NCBI GenBank assembly: GCA_046729975.1
Contig: JBKPHS010000157.1
Location: forward strand, 4,470-68,469
Origin: Actinomycetota bacterium
GTDB taxonomy: Bacteria > Actinomycetota > Thermoleophilia > Solirubrobacterales > Thermoleophilaceae
Direction: 5' to 3'
Length of the DNA: 64,000 nucleotides
Below, in pieces: positions 43,162-52,427 of this stretch; within the stretch, counting starts at the first letter, position 1, and each line of letters starts with the position of its first letter. The position numbers and the translations under genes are program-made. Under the pieces are notes generated by a model. The model searched no databases. It was not told where the DNA came from and saw nothing but the letters and a program-made list of their open reading frames with translations.

Positions 43162-43812
43162 CTAGTTCCTCGCCACGCCCAGGATCTTCGGTTCCACGAT
43201 CACCTCGAGCAACGCGGCGCGGAAGTCGAAGCGCCGGCAGGACTCGAACCGGAACCCCGCGGCCTCGATCTCCGCCGCCGTGTCGCGGGCCGGGTGGCAG
43301 CCTCCGCCGACGAGCGGCCAGAAGCCGGTCCTCTCGGCGGCGCGCTGGACGCGGGCGAGTCGCGGGCTGTCGGAGATCACGTGCTCGTAGAAGCGCAGCT
43401 CTCCGCCGGGCCGGATCACTCGCCGCAGCTCGGCCAGCGCCGCCCGCTGGTCGGGGACCGAGCAGAGCACGAGCGACGCGACGGCGGCATCGAGCGACGC
43501 GTCCTCCACCGGAAGCCGCTCGGCGAGCCCGTCGACCACCCGCACCGGGACGGGAGCCGACGTGGCGGCCTCGCGCGCCAGCTCCCGCAGGTAGCTCTCG
43601 GGCTCCACGGCCACCACTTCGTCGACCGTGCCGGGGTAGTGGGCGAAGTTGAGGCCATTTCCCGCACCCACCTCGATCACGCGGCCCGACAGACCGGCGA
43701 GCAGCTCGCGCCGGAGGTCCGCCTGCCCGCGCTCCTCGGCGTGAGCACTGAGGCGCGCGAACATCCGCGCGAACAGCGGGTGATGGACGTGCTTCGCGCT
43801 CTCGGCCGCCAT
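43162..43812 (-). CDS. class I SAM-dependent methyltransferase
   Basis: VIEVGAGNGLN motif I and a RPGGELRFYEH post-II region. Confidence 0.8.
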   Translation of the reverse strand: MAAESAKHVHHPLFARMFARLSAHAEERGQADLRRELLAGLSGRVIEVGAGNGLNFAHYPGTVDEVVAVEPESYLRELAREAATSAPVPVRVVDGLAERLPVEDASLDAAVASLVLCSVPDQRAALAELRRVIRPGGELRFYEHVISDSPRLARVQRAAERTGFWPLVGGGCHPARDTAAEIEAAGFRFESCRRFDFRAALLEVIVEPKILGVARN

Positions 43813-43834
43813 GCCGCGAGCCTAGCGGGGCGGT

Positions 43835-44731
43835 CTAGCCCGCAGGCACGAAGTGCAGCAGCGTGCCGTTGGCGATGCCATAGCTCGGCGGACCCTCCTC
43901 GTTGTACGGCTGGATCTGCCAGTGCAGGAGCCCACCGAGCGCGTCGACCACGTCGAGACCCTCCGACTCGCCGACGATCTGGCGCTCGATCTCGAGCTGT
44001 CTCGCTCCGGTCTCGAGGTCGATCGACCAGACCTGGAACAAGCGCCCGTCCTGTCCCGCCCCCAGCAGCCTGTTGCCGTAGAAGGTGGCGCCGGTGATGC
44101 CGGTCGGCGGCACCGCTGCGGCCAGCCGCCTGACAGCCTTGATCTTCCGCCCAGCCGGCGCCGCGTTGGAAGGCGAGACGTCCCTGACCCGGTACGCGAG
44201 CAGGTCGCCGCCGCTCGAGGTCCAGACGAGCTTGCCGTTCGGCGAGACCTCCGCCCACATCGCCTTTTGTATCTCGGACGGATCGAGCTTCACGTAGTAG
44301 CGCCAGCGGAGCGTCTCCGGGTCGGCCACCCCGAACGAACCCGTCTTGCACGTGTTGCCCGCCGGCGGGTAGTAGCACTCGACAGGCAGCAGGATCCGTC
44401 CGCCCTCGGCTTCGTCCCAGGTGATGTCGCCGACGTGGTTGTAGCCCTCGCTGGCGTGCACTTGCGGCGGGATAACGTCGTCATTGCGGCCGGTCTCATT
44501 GAGCTGCGAATCGGTCCGGTAGAGGCCGAAGTCGATGCCGTCGAAGTACAGGTTGCGCGCGGGATCGGAGGTCACGCCCTGGTAGTAGTAGAGCGGCATC
44601 GTGGTGTGACCGGTCTCGACCCAGCGTCCCGGGTCGGCCGCCAGTACGCCCTCTGGCAGGGCCAGGGCGATCAGCGCGGCGACGGCGAAGCCGAGCCGCC
44701 TACACGCCCGAGCGAGACTCCTTGGTTCCAT
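43835..44731 (-). CDS. secreted hypothetical protein (beta-rich)
   Basis: ATG 44731 has GGAGG 8 nt upstream. Signal peptide MEPRSLARACRRLGFAVAALIALALPEGVLA. No recognised catalytic motif. Confidence 0.55.
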   Translation of the reverse strand: MEPRSLARACRRLGFAVAALIALALPEGVLAADPGRWVETGHTTMPLYYYQGVTSDPARNLYFDGIDFGLYRTDSQLNETGRNDDVIPPQVHASEGYNHVGDITWDEAEGGRILLPVECYYPPAGNTCKTGSFGVADPETLRWRYYVKLDPSEIQKAMWAEVSPNGKLVWTSSGGDLLAYRVRDVSPSNAAPAGRKIKAVRRLAAAVPPTGITGATFYGNRLLGAGQDGRLFQVWSIDLETGARQLEIERQIVGESEGLDVVDALGGLLHWQIQPYNEEGPPSYGIANGTLLHFVPAG

Positions 44732-44795
44732 GCGCGACGCCTCCAATATCGGAACGTCCCCTCGCGTGCGCGCGTGTAAACGCCATGTGAAACCC

Positions 44796-46040
44796 TCAGC
44801 AGCCTCCAGCCCCAGGCGGAGGCGCGGGATAGGCCGCCGGCAGCGGGAGGCGCGCCAGCGGCGGGGCCCGGCGCCGCCGGGGCAGCCTTCCGAGCGGGCC
44901 CGGGCGAGCGATCCGACCGCCCTGGATGGCCAGCTTGGCCCAGCGTGACATGGCCCGGAAGGAGCCCGTCGGCGTACCGTCCGCGCAGACGACGCTCGTG
45001 TTGAACGCGGGCGCGAACGGCCCGGGCGAGACGAGCATGTACTGGAGGAGCTGGTGGACGTGCGGGTTGCGCTGGGCGAGCTCGAGCGACTGCCGCAGGA
45101 AGCGCGCCCTGCGGTGCTCGGGAATCCGTCGCCTGCCGTTCGCGAAGTACCCGTACTCGGTCAGGTAGAGCTCGGGCGCCCGGCCCTCTGGCGTGGCGAG
45201 CAGCCCCGCTGCCGCCAACTGCGAGAGTGCGCTCTCGAGACGGCCGAGCGTCCCCAGCGTGACGGCATCCGGGCCGTCGGGGCAGTCCCTCGGCCCGCAG
45301 CCGCCGGGGTAGGCTCGCTCCGGCGGGCCGACAGGCCGCCTGAAGTCGTAGGGGTGGTGGGCATAACCGTCCGCGAGCAGAGGTGGGCACGGAGCACGCG
45401 GCCGGTAATCGCGGTCCGCGCAGGTCAGCGAGCGCAGGAAGCGGAGCGGCGCGATGGCGAGCGAGCGCTTGCCGTACGGCGCGGTCTCGCCGATCAACAC
45501 CTGGGCGGCGGGATCCGCGCCCTTGATCGCGGCATACCCGGCGAGGTAGAGCCGACGGTACAGCGCGGCCGCGCCCCGCCGCGGGGCAAGCCAGCCGCTG
45601 TAGTTGGGCTCGTTCCAGATCGAGTAGCGGTCGATCCGCCCGCGAAAGTGCTCTGCCGCGCGGCGCGCGAAATCGCCGAAGAGCGCGGCGCTCGGCCTGT
45701 AGGTGCCCGGCCTGCCGTTTCCGGTCGCCCACCGAGGTGCCGGCCCCGTCAGGCTGGCCTGTACGCGCATGCCGTACGCGAGCGCGTGGCTGACCGCCTC
45801 GTCGTACGGCCTCCAGTCGTACCGCGCCGAGACGGGCGAGCGCGTCCTGGCCATCACGCGGCGCCAGTAGACGTTGATCCTCACCCTGCTCACGCCGAGC
45901 GCCCGCGCCTGCCTAAGGGCGCGGCGGCGGTCGTAGTAGCTGCGATTCACTAGGACCGCGTCGTCCTGCAGCGCAAGCTCCATGCCCGGCGCGGCCCGGG
46001 CCTCCGGTGGTTGGCCGGAGAGGAGCCAGCCGGCGGCCAC
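44796..46040 (-). CDS. putative secreted TIM-barrel glycoside hydrolase-like protein
   Basis: YSIWNEPN (acid/base-type motif of clan GH-A enzymes) and LTEYGY (nucleophile-type). The GTG 46040 start gives a poor signal peptide, whereas CTG 46061 would give MSRLLPLVAAGWLL... See findings. Confidence 0.55.
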   Translation of the reverse strand: MAAGWLLSGQPPEARAAPGMELALQDDAVLVNRSYYDRRRALRQARALGVSRVRINVYWRRVMARTRSPVSARYDWRPYDEAVSHALAYGMRVQASLTGPAPRWATGNGRPGTYRPSAALFGDFARRAAEHFRGRIDRYSIWNEPNYSGWLAPRRGAAALYRRLYLAGYAAIKGADPAAQVLIGETAPYGKRSLAIAPLRFLRSLTCADRDYRPRAPCPPLLADGYAHHPYDFRRPVGPPERAYPGGCGPRDCPDGPDAVTLGTLGRLESALSQLAAAGLLATPEGRAPELYLTEYGYFANGRRRIPEHRRARFLRQSLELAQRNPHVHQLLQYMLVSPGPFAPAFNTSVVCADGTPTGSFRAMSRWAKLAIQGGRIARPGPLGRLPRRRRAPPLARLPLPAAYPAPPPGAGGC

Positions 46041-46144
46041 CAGCGGCAGGAGTCGGCTCAGCGTCCGAGGGCCAGATCGGATCCGATCAAGCTAGCGCGC
46101 CCGACGTCGGTCGGCGGCCGAAATGTCTGCGGCCGGACCCCGTC

Positions 46145-46173
46145 TTGACTTATCTATCCGGAAGATATATCGT
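46145..46173 (+). promoter_or_regulatory. putative sigma-70-type promoter with embedded inverted repeat upstream of padR-mmpL (near-leaderless)
   Basis: TTGACT-17 nt-TATCGT in an AT-rich island. The -10 ends 8 nt before ATG 46182. TATCT-N7-AGATA (46151-46167) fills the spacer. Confidence 0.45.
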
Positions 46174-46181
46174 CCCGATAC

Positions 46182-46742
46182 ATGAGTGAGCTGACGCCGA
46201 CGGGACGCGTGATCCTCGGGATGATCGGCCTCGGCAGGCGGACGGGGTACGACATCAAGTCGCTCGTCGACAAATCGGTCCGCTTCTTCTGGGCAGCGAG
46301 CTACGGGCAGATCTATCCGGAGCTAAAGCGGCTCGAAGAGGACGGCCTGGTCCGGCGCGCCGGCGAGCCGGAGGGCGGCCGCCGTCGCACCGAGTACGAG
46401 CTGACCCCCGCCGGCCAAGAGGCGCTGCGAGAGTGGCTCGCCTCCGGGGCGCCGCTGACTTTTGAGTACCGCGACGAGGGGATCCTGAAGTTCTTCTTCT
46501 CCGGCGCCGTTGGGCCCGACGAGGCGCTCGCGAACCTGCGCGCGATGCGCGCCTACCACGAGAGCGTCGTCGCCGGACTGCGCGAGCTGGAGCCGTCGGT
46601 GCGAGAGCGCGCCGAGGAGGCGTCGGGCCCGTACTTCCCCTACCTGACGCTGTGCTGGGGAATCGAGTTGCACGAATGGCTCGCCTCCTGGTGCGAGCGC
46701 ACGGAGAAGCTGGTGGCCGAGCAGGCCGAAAGGAGGCCGTGA
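46182..46742 (+). CDS. PadR family transcriptional regulator
   Basis: VILGMIGLGRRTGYDIKSLVDKSVRFFWAASYGQIYPELKRLEEDGLV winged-helix signature and a C-terminal dimerisation domain. Confidence 0.85.
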   Translation: MSELTPTGRVILGMIGLGRRTGYDIKSLVDKSVRFFWAASYGQIYPELKRLEEDGLVRRAGEPEGGRRRTEYELTPAGQEALREWLASGAPLTFEYRDEGILKFFFSGAVGPDEALANLRAMRAYHESVVAGLRELEPSVRERAEEASGPYFPYLTLCWGIELHEWLASWCERTEKLVAEQAERRP

Positions 46743-48916
46743 TGTTCACGAGACTCGCCAACCTGGCCCAGCGGCGCCCGCGCCGGGTGATCGCGCTGGC
46801 CGTCGCCTGCGCTGTGGCCGCTGGCTCCTTCGGCGGCTCGGTGGCCGACCATCTCGACCCGTACGGCGCCGACGACCCGGCGTCCGAGAGCATCCGTGCC
46901 GACGACCGCATGACCGCAGCGACCGGGATCGACGCCGAGGCCGGCGTGGTCGCTCTCGTCGACACCGGCGCGCCTGTGCGCTCCGCGGACGCGCGCGCCA
47001 AGGTGGGCGCGGTGGTGCGCGAGCTGCGCGCCGAGCCCACGATCGGGCGGGTCGTCAGCTTCTACGACTCGGGCGACCGCGCGATGGTCTCGCACGACGG
47101 ACGCTCGACCTACGTCGTGGCCAACTTCAAGGACGGCTCTGGCGACCGCGAGCGCCAGGAGATCTCACGCGACCTGGCCGACGACCTCGAAAAGACGCCG
47201 GGCGTGGTGGTCGGCGGCGCGGGCCCCGCGAACGCTGACGTGAACGAGACGGTCTCCGAGGACCTGGCGCGGGCCGAGATGATCGCCTTCCCCCTCCTGT
47301 TCGTGCTCTCGCTGCTGTTCTTCCGGAGCGCCGTGGCGGCCCTGCTCCCGCTGCTCGTCGGCGGGCTCGCCATCGTCGGAACGTTCTTCGCCCTGCGCGT
47401 GGCCTCCGAGGGGATGTCGGTGTCGATCTTCGCGCTCAACCTCACGACCGGCCTCGGACTCGGCCTCGCGATCGACTACAGCCTCTTCATGGTCTCCCGC
47501 TACCGGGAGGAGCTCGCGCGCGTCGGCCCCGGCGTCCAGGCGCTCCGCAACACGCTGAACACCGCGGGCCGCACGGTGCTGTTCAGCTCGCTGACCGTGG
47601 CGGCCGCCCTCGCCTCGCTGCTCACGTTCCCCCAGCGCTTCCTCTACTCGATGGGGCTCGGCGGAATGCTGGTGGCGCTGATCGCGGCCGGCATCGCGCT
47701 ACTCGTCCTGCCGGCGGTGCTCGCCCTGCTCGGCCCGCGCGTCAACTCGCTGGCGCCGGCGTGGCTGGAGCGGAGGAGCGAGCGCGACGCCAGGCCGGCG
47801 ACGAGTGGCTTCTGGTACCGGCTGTCGCGCTTCGTCATGCGGCGCCCCGGCCGCATCGCGACGGCCAGCGCCGCGCTCCTGATCGCTCTCGGCCTGCCGT
47901 TCCTAGGCATCCGCTTCGTCGCCATCGACGCCTCCGTGCTGCCCGAGGGCGCCGGCCCACGGGTCGTGCAGGAGTCGCTTCGCAGCGACTTCCCGCCCAA
48001 CCACACGGAGCCGCTTCAGCTCGTCGCAGAGGCGCAGCCGGGCCGGCAGGTCGACGCCTACGCGAGGCGCGTGGCGGCGCTCGACGGGGTGGCAGCGGTG
48101 CAGGCGCCGCAGCCGCTCGACGGCACGACCACGCTGGTGCAGGCGGTCCCGCGTGGAGACCCGCTCGACGACCAGGCGAAGGACCTCGTTCACGAGGTGC
48201 GCGGGCTCGACGCGCCGTTCGACGTCCTGGTCGGTGGGCGCTCGGCTGAGTTCGTCGACCAGCAGGCAAGCCTCGGCTCTCATATCCCGCTCGCGCTCGC
48301 GATCGTGGTCACCGCGACCTTCGTGGTCCTCTTCCTTATGACCGGCTCGGTCGTCCTGCCGCTCAAGGCCTCGCTGATGAACATGCTCACGATCAGCGCG
48401 ACCTTCGGCGTGCTCGTGCTCATCTTCCAGGACGGGAGGCTCGAAGGGCTGCTCGACTACCAGAGCCAGGGCGGGATCGAGTCGACCATGCCGCTGCTCC
48501 TGTTCGTGGTCGCCTTCGGGCTGTCGACCGACTACGCGGTGTTCCTGCTCTCGCGCATCAAGGAGGCGCGGGACCGAGGCGCTCCGAACGGCGAGGCGGT
48601 CGCGATCGGTCTCGAGAGGACGGGACGCATCGTCACGGCCGCCGCGGCCCTCTTCGCGGTGGCGATCGGCGCGTTCGCGACCTCACGGATCATCTTCATC
48701 AAGGAGAACGGCATCGGCACCGCGCTCGCGGTCCTCATCGACGCGACTCTCGTGCGCGCCCTGCTCGTGCCGTCGCTGATGGAGATGCTCGGGCGCTGGA
48801 ACTGGTGGGCCCCGCGCCCGCTGCGCCGGCTGCACGCGCGGATCGGGCTCAGCGAGACGCCGACGCTGGCACCGGAGCCCGTGGCCTCGCCGCTCGAAGC
48901 GGCCGCCCCGAGGTGA
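46742..48916 (+). CDS. MMPL (RND-superfamily) transporter
   Basis: ATG 46742 overlaps the padR TGA by 1 nt, with AGGAGG 5 nt upstream. Has 12-TM MMPL architecture with two extracytoplasmic loops. Confidence 0.85.
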   Translation: MFTRLANLAQRRPRRVIALAVACAVAAGSFGGSVADHLDPYGADDPASESIRADDRMTAATGIDAEAGVVALVDTGAPVRSADARAKVGAVVRELRAEPTIGRVVSFYDSGDRAMVSHDGRSTYVVANFKDGSGDRERQEISRDLADDLEKTPGVVVGGAGPANADVNETVSEDLARAEMIAFPLLFVLSLLFFRSAVAALLPLLVGGLAIVGTFFALRVASEGMSVSIFALNLTTGLGLGLAIDYSLFMVSRYREELARVGPGVQALRNTLNTAGRTVLFSSLTVAAALASLLTFPQRFLYSMGLGGMLVALIAAGIALLVLPAVLALLGPRVNSLAPAWLERRSERDARPATSGFWYRLSRFVMRRPGRIATASAALLIALGLPFLGIRFVAIDASVLPEGAGPRVVQESLRSDFPPNHTEPLQLVAEAQPGRQVDAYARRVAALDGVAAVQAPQPLDGTTTLVQAVPRGDPLDDQAKDLVHEVRGLDAPFDVLVGGRSAEFVDQQASLGSHIPLALAIVVTATFVVLFLMTGSVVLPLKASLMNMLTISATFGVLVLIFQDGRLEGLLDYQSQGGIESTMPLLLFVVAFGLSTDYAVFLLSRIKEARDRGAPNGEAVAIGLERTGRIVTAAAALFAVAIGAFATSRIIFIKENGIGTALAVLIDATLVRALLVPSLMEMLGRWNWWAPRPLRRLHARIGLSETPTLAPEPVASPLEAAAPR

Positions 48917-48930
48917 TCCGCCCTACGACG

Positions 48931-49254
48931 TCAGAGCTCCACGCCCGGATGCCGCGAGCGCATGTGCTCCAGCAGCGTGGCGCGAATCCAGCGCCGCTCG
49001 TCCGTACTCGCCATGCGATAGCGCCCGAGCAGCTCCTTCTGACGATCGAGCGGTAGGCCGGCGATCTCCCAGCGGACCGTCAGCCGCTCGAACAGGAGTT
49101 CCATCCGCCGCTGCCAGAGGTCATCGCCCGAGGCGCCGGGGCGCGAGTCGAGCCGCTCGAGCTGGCGGAGCGTGCCGGGCGAGAGGCGGTCACGCAGCGT
49201 CAGGACGTTTCCGTCGGAGTCCGTGTAGTCGGTGGTTGACGCCTTCAGGTTCAC
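48931..49254 (-). CDS. hypothetical protein (107 aa)
   Basis: C-terminal part of the long track ORF 48931-49977. Only the last ~107 codons (GTG 49254) do not overlap the + strand genes. No motif recognised. Confidence 0.35.
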   Translation of the reverse strand: MNLKASTTDYTDSDGNVLTLRDRLSPGTLRQLERLDSRPGASGDDLWQRRMELLFERLTVRWEIAGLPLDRQKELLGRYRMASTDERRWIRATLLEHMRSRHPGVEL

Positions 49255-49302
49255 CTTTTCGAGTCTAGGAGGCCGACAGCGGCCGGCGGATAGAGTCCGC
49301 GC

Positions 49303-49680
49303 ATGCCGCCGACCGCGAGATACGAAGGCCCGCCGACCCTCGCGCAGGTCGTACGCCGCGCGGCCGACGTCGTCGATCCCGCCGGCGAGGACGACGACGT
49401 CGCGAGGCTCGAGCTGGCGTTCGAGGACGCCGACGAGCCGGTGACCGCCGTCCAGGACATCGAGGGGCGTTTGGCGCTTGCCGTCGACGGGCTGGATCCC
49501 GAGCTCGAGAACGGCGCGCTGTCGATGGCGATCGCGACGGTCATCTATCTCACATACCGCCGCGACGAGCTGGATGACGATCCGGACGACATCCTGCGAC
49601 TCGCGGCGAGGGCGGAGTGGAAGGGCGACCCGCCCGACGCTGTGCGCGACTGGCTCGAGGCGCGCGGCATCGAGGTCTAG
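49303..49680 (+). CDS. hypothetical acidic protein (125 aa)
   Basis: ATG-initiated ORF with typical codon bias. No motif recognised. Confidence 0.4.
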   Translation: MPPTARYEGPPTLAQVVRRAADVVDPAGEDDDVARLELAFEDADEPVTAVQDIEGRLALAVDGLDPELENGALSMAIATVIYLTYRRDELDDDPDDILRLAARAEWKGDPPDAVRDWLEARGIEV

Positions 49681-49714
49681 GGGCAGAGCTTCGCTGCCGC
49701 AGACCGGCGCTGTC

Positions 49715-50107
49715 GTGAGCGAGAGGCTGCGATCGATCGTCGAGCAACTGGGCATCCGGCCGCATGACCGGGTGCTCGAGATCGGCTGTGGGCACGGCGT
49801 AGCGGCGATGCTCGTCTGCGAGCGCCTCGCGGGAGGCCATCTCACCGCGATCGACCGCTCACCGAAGATGATCGAAGCGGCGACGCGCCGAAACGCGGCG
49901 CACATCGCAGCCGGCAAGGCCGAGTTCCTCGTCGCCAGGCTCGAGGACCTCGATCTGGGAGACCGCCGCTTCGACAAGGTCTTCGCGGTCCGCGTGCGCC
50001 TCTTTCAGCGTGAGCCAGACCGCGCTCGCGGGATCGTCGAGAGGTGGCTCGCCCCCGGCGGAGCGGTCTTCGCCTTCTTCGACCCGCCATCGGGGAGCGC
50101 CGCGTAG
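49715..50107 (+). CDS. small class I SAM-dependent methyltransferase
   Basis: GTG 49715. VLEIGCGHGVAAML motif I and LTAIDRSPKMIE motif II. Confidence 0.65.
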   Translation: MSERLRSIVEQLGIRPHDRVLEIGCGHGVAAMLVCERLAGGHLTAIDRSPKMIEAATRRNAAHIAAGKAEFLVARLEDLDLGDRRFDKVFAVRVRLFQREPDRARGIVERWLAPGGAVFAFFDPPSGSAA

Positions 50108-50123
50108 CGATCCCGGCGCCGAC

Positions 50124-50438
50124 TCACCGCGAAAGGCGGTAGTAGCTCGCGCCGCCCTCGAACCAGAGCTCCACGGGGCCGCGCCGCTGCAGGCGAGTCA
50201 GCTCGCGGCCAATCCGCTCGGGGTCGGCCGTCGGGCCGAGCCGGCGCGCGACGGCGCGAGCGGTCACCCACCGATCGTCACCGCCGGCGGCCCGCTCGGT
50301 CGCCGCGAGGCACTCCAGCAGCACGGATTGGCTCGACGCCACGGCCGATTCATCGGCGCGAGCCGCCGGCCGCTTGACCCCGCGCGGCTCGGTCCGCGGA
50401 TACGTTGCCCGCAGCGTGGAGATCGGAGGAAGCGGCAT
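50124..50438 (-). CDS. small putative winged-helix protein (start uncertain: ATG 50438 or GTG 50324)
   Basis: The C-terminal 66 aa (VLLECLAATERAAGGDDRWVTARAVARRLG...IGRELTRLQRRGPVE) resemble an HTH-wing unit. Confidence 0.35.
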   Translation of the reverse strand: MPLPPISTLRATYPRTEPRGVKRPAARADESAVASSQSVLLECLAATERAAGGDDRWVTARAVARRLGPTADPERIGRELTRLQRRGPVELWFEGGASYYRLSR

Positions 50439-51114
50439 GAGGGACGACAGCTGGGCACCGTACGGGGCCGCCGCGGGCGCGGTCGGGGTCGCCCTGTTCG
50501 TCGCCGGGTTCCTGATCATCGGGGACCGCCCCGGCTTCGACGCCCCCGGCTCCGAGGTGGCCGCCCACCTCGGCGAGGAGCGCACGCGAATCCAGGTTGG
50601 CAGCGCGTTCCTGGCGGCAGCGGCGCCGTTCCTCGTCTGGTTCCTGGCGACGGTGGCGTCGCTGACGCACACCGGCGCCCCCGGACCGCGGCGGGCGGGA
50701 GCGCTCGCCTACGGCTGCGGAGTGATCTTCGTCGCGCTGTTCCTGGCCGACGTCACCTCGCTGGCGGTCGGCGCCCTGCGACCCGAGAACATGGCGGCTG
50801 CGCCGGAGGTCGCCGCCGCCCTGCGCGACTTCGAGTTCCTCGCGATGGGAACGGCGGCCTTCGCGGTGGCGACCCTGCTCGCCGCCTTCGCTGTGCTGTC
50901 GCTGCGGGACAAGGCCATCTGGCCCGAGTGGCTCGGCTGGCTGGCGGCAATCGCCGCGCCCGCCTACGCCCTACGAGTCGGAACGCTGTTCACGACGGAG
51001 GGCGCGTTCGCGGCCGACGGGCTGCTCGGCCTCTGGGTGCCCGTCATCGCGTTCGCGGCGTGGACGCTGGTCGCGAGCGTCGTGCTCACGCTCGAGATCC
51101 GCCCTCCGCGATGA
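50437..51114 (+). CDS. hypothetical polytopic membrane protein
   Basis: ATG 50437 has GGAGGA 6 nt upstream. About 6 hydrophobic segments. Confidence 0.5.
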   Translation: MRDDSWAPYGAAAGAVGVALFVAGFLIIGDRPGFDAPGSEVAAHLGEERTRIQVGSAFLAAAAPFLVWFLATVASLTHTGAPGPRRAGALAYGCGVIFVALFLADVTSLAVGALRPENMAAAPEVAAALRDFEFLAMGTAAFAVATLLAAFAVLSLRDKAIWPEWLGWLAAIAAPAYALRVGTLFTTEGAFAADGLLGLWVPVIAFAAWTLVASVVLTLEIRPPR

Positions 51115-51138
51115 GTCGGGAGACCGTGCTCGGTCATA

Positions 51139-51154
51139 TTGGTTGACCAACCAA
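51139..51154. promoter_or_regulatory. inverted repeat TTGGTTG-AC-CAACCAA immediately upstream of an MFS transporter gene (possible operator)
   Basis: Perfect 7-bp arms ending 6 nt before ATG 51161. Confidence 0.35.
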
Positions 51155-51160
51155 AGTCCA

Positions 51161-52426
51161 ATGCCGACTCCGCGCTCGATCCAACGGACCTACCTGCTGC
51201 TGCTGCTCGGCAACACGCTCGCGGCATCGCTTATCTGGGGGATCAACACGATCTTCCTGCTCGACGCCGGGCTCTCGAACCTGGAAGCCTTCGCGGCCAA
51301 CGCCTTCTTCACGGCCGGAATGGTCATCTTCGAGGTCCCGACCGGGATCGTCGCCGACACCGTCGGCCGGCGGGCGTCATACCTGCTCGGCACGCTGACG
51401 CTGACGGCCTCGACGCTGCTGTACGTGATGCTCTGGCAGATCGAGGCGCCGTTCTGGCAATGGGCGATCGTCTCTCTCCTGCTCGGCCTCGGCTTCACGT
51501 TCTTCTCCGGCGCGGTGGAGGCATGGCTCGTCGATGCGCTGACTGCCACCGGCTTCACCGGCCAGATGGAGTCGGTGTTCGGGCGCGGCCAGGTCGTCAC
51601 GGGGGCTGGAATGCTCACCGGCTCGGTGGCCGGCGGATTCATCGCCGAGCAGGCCAGCCTTGGCGCGCCGTTCGTGCTCCGGGGCGTCATCCTCATCGTG
51701 ATGTTCGTCGTCGCGTTCCGGCTCATGCACGACGTCGGCTTCACTCCGGAGAAGGGCGGCCGGCCACTGACCGAGATGCGAAAGATCGCCTCGGCCTCGA
51801 TCGACTACGGCTGGCGAGTGCCCGCCGTGAAGTGGCTGATGGTCGAGGCCCTGTTCACCGGGGGCGTCGGCATCTACGGCTTCTACGCCCTGCAGCCGTA
51901 CTTGCTGGAGCTGTACGGCGACCCGCAGGCGTACCAGGTCGCCGGCCTGGCCGCGGCGATCGTCGCGGGCGCGCAGATCCTCGGCGGCCTCGTCGCGCCC
52001 TGGATCCGCCGTGGCTTCCACCGCCGCACTTCGGCGCTGATCGCGATGGCGGGTCTCAGCGCCGTCACGCTCGCACTCGTGGGCAGCATCGAGAACTTCT
52101 GGGTCGTGATCGGACTGACCGTCGTCTGGGGACTCTTGTTCGCGGCGTCGATGCCGATCCGCCAGACCTACATCAACGGACTGATTCCGTCGCGGCAGCG
52201 GGCCACGATTCTCTCGTTCGACTCGATGATGGCCTCGAGCGGCGGTGTCTGGGCCCAGCCGGTGCTCGGCCGCGCCGCCGACGTATGGGGCTATGGGCCG
52301 TCGTACGTGTTGTCAGCGGGGATCTCGGCCCTGGCGCTGCCGTTCCTCGCACTGTCGCGGCGCCAGCGGGCTCCCGCGGACACGATCGACGTCACCGACG
52401 CGCAACCCGTCCCCCAGGCTGCCTGA
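51161..52426 (+). CDS. MFS transporter
   Basis: 12-TM MFS pattern (GIVADTVGRRASYLLG motif A-like). ATG 51161 is preferred over the track start TTG 51143, which lies inside the palindrome. Confidence 0.8.
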   Translation: MPTPRSIQRTYLLLLLGNTLAASLIWGINTIFLLDAGLSNLEAFAANAFFTAGMVIFEVPTGIVADTVGRRASYLLGTLTLTASTLLYVMLWQIEAPFWQWAIVSLLLGLGFTFFSGAVEAWLVDALTATGFTGQMESVFGRGQVVTGAGMLTGSVAGGFIAEQASLGAPFVLRGVILIVMFVVAFRLMHDVGFTPEKGGRPLTEMRKIASASIDYGWRVPAVKWLMVEALFTGGVGIYGFYALQPYLLELYGDPQAYQVAGLAAAIVAGAQILGGLVAPWIRRGFHRRTSALIAMAGLSAVTLALVGSIENFWVVIGLTVVWGLLFAASMPIRQTYINGLIPSRQRATILSFDSMMASSGGVWAQPVLGRAADVWGYGPSYVLSAGISALALPFLALSRRQRAPADTIDVTDAQPVPQAA

Positions 52427-52427
52427 C

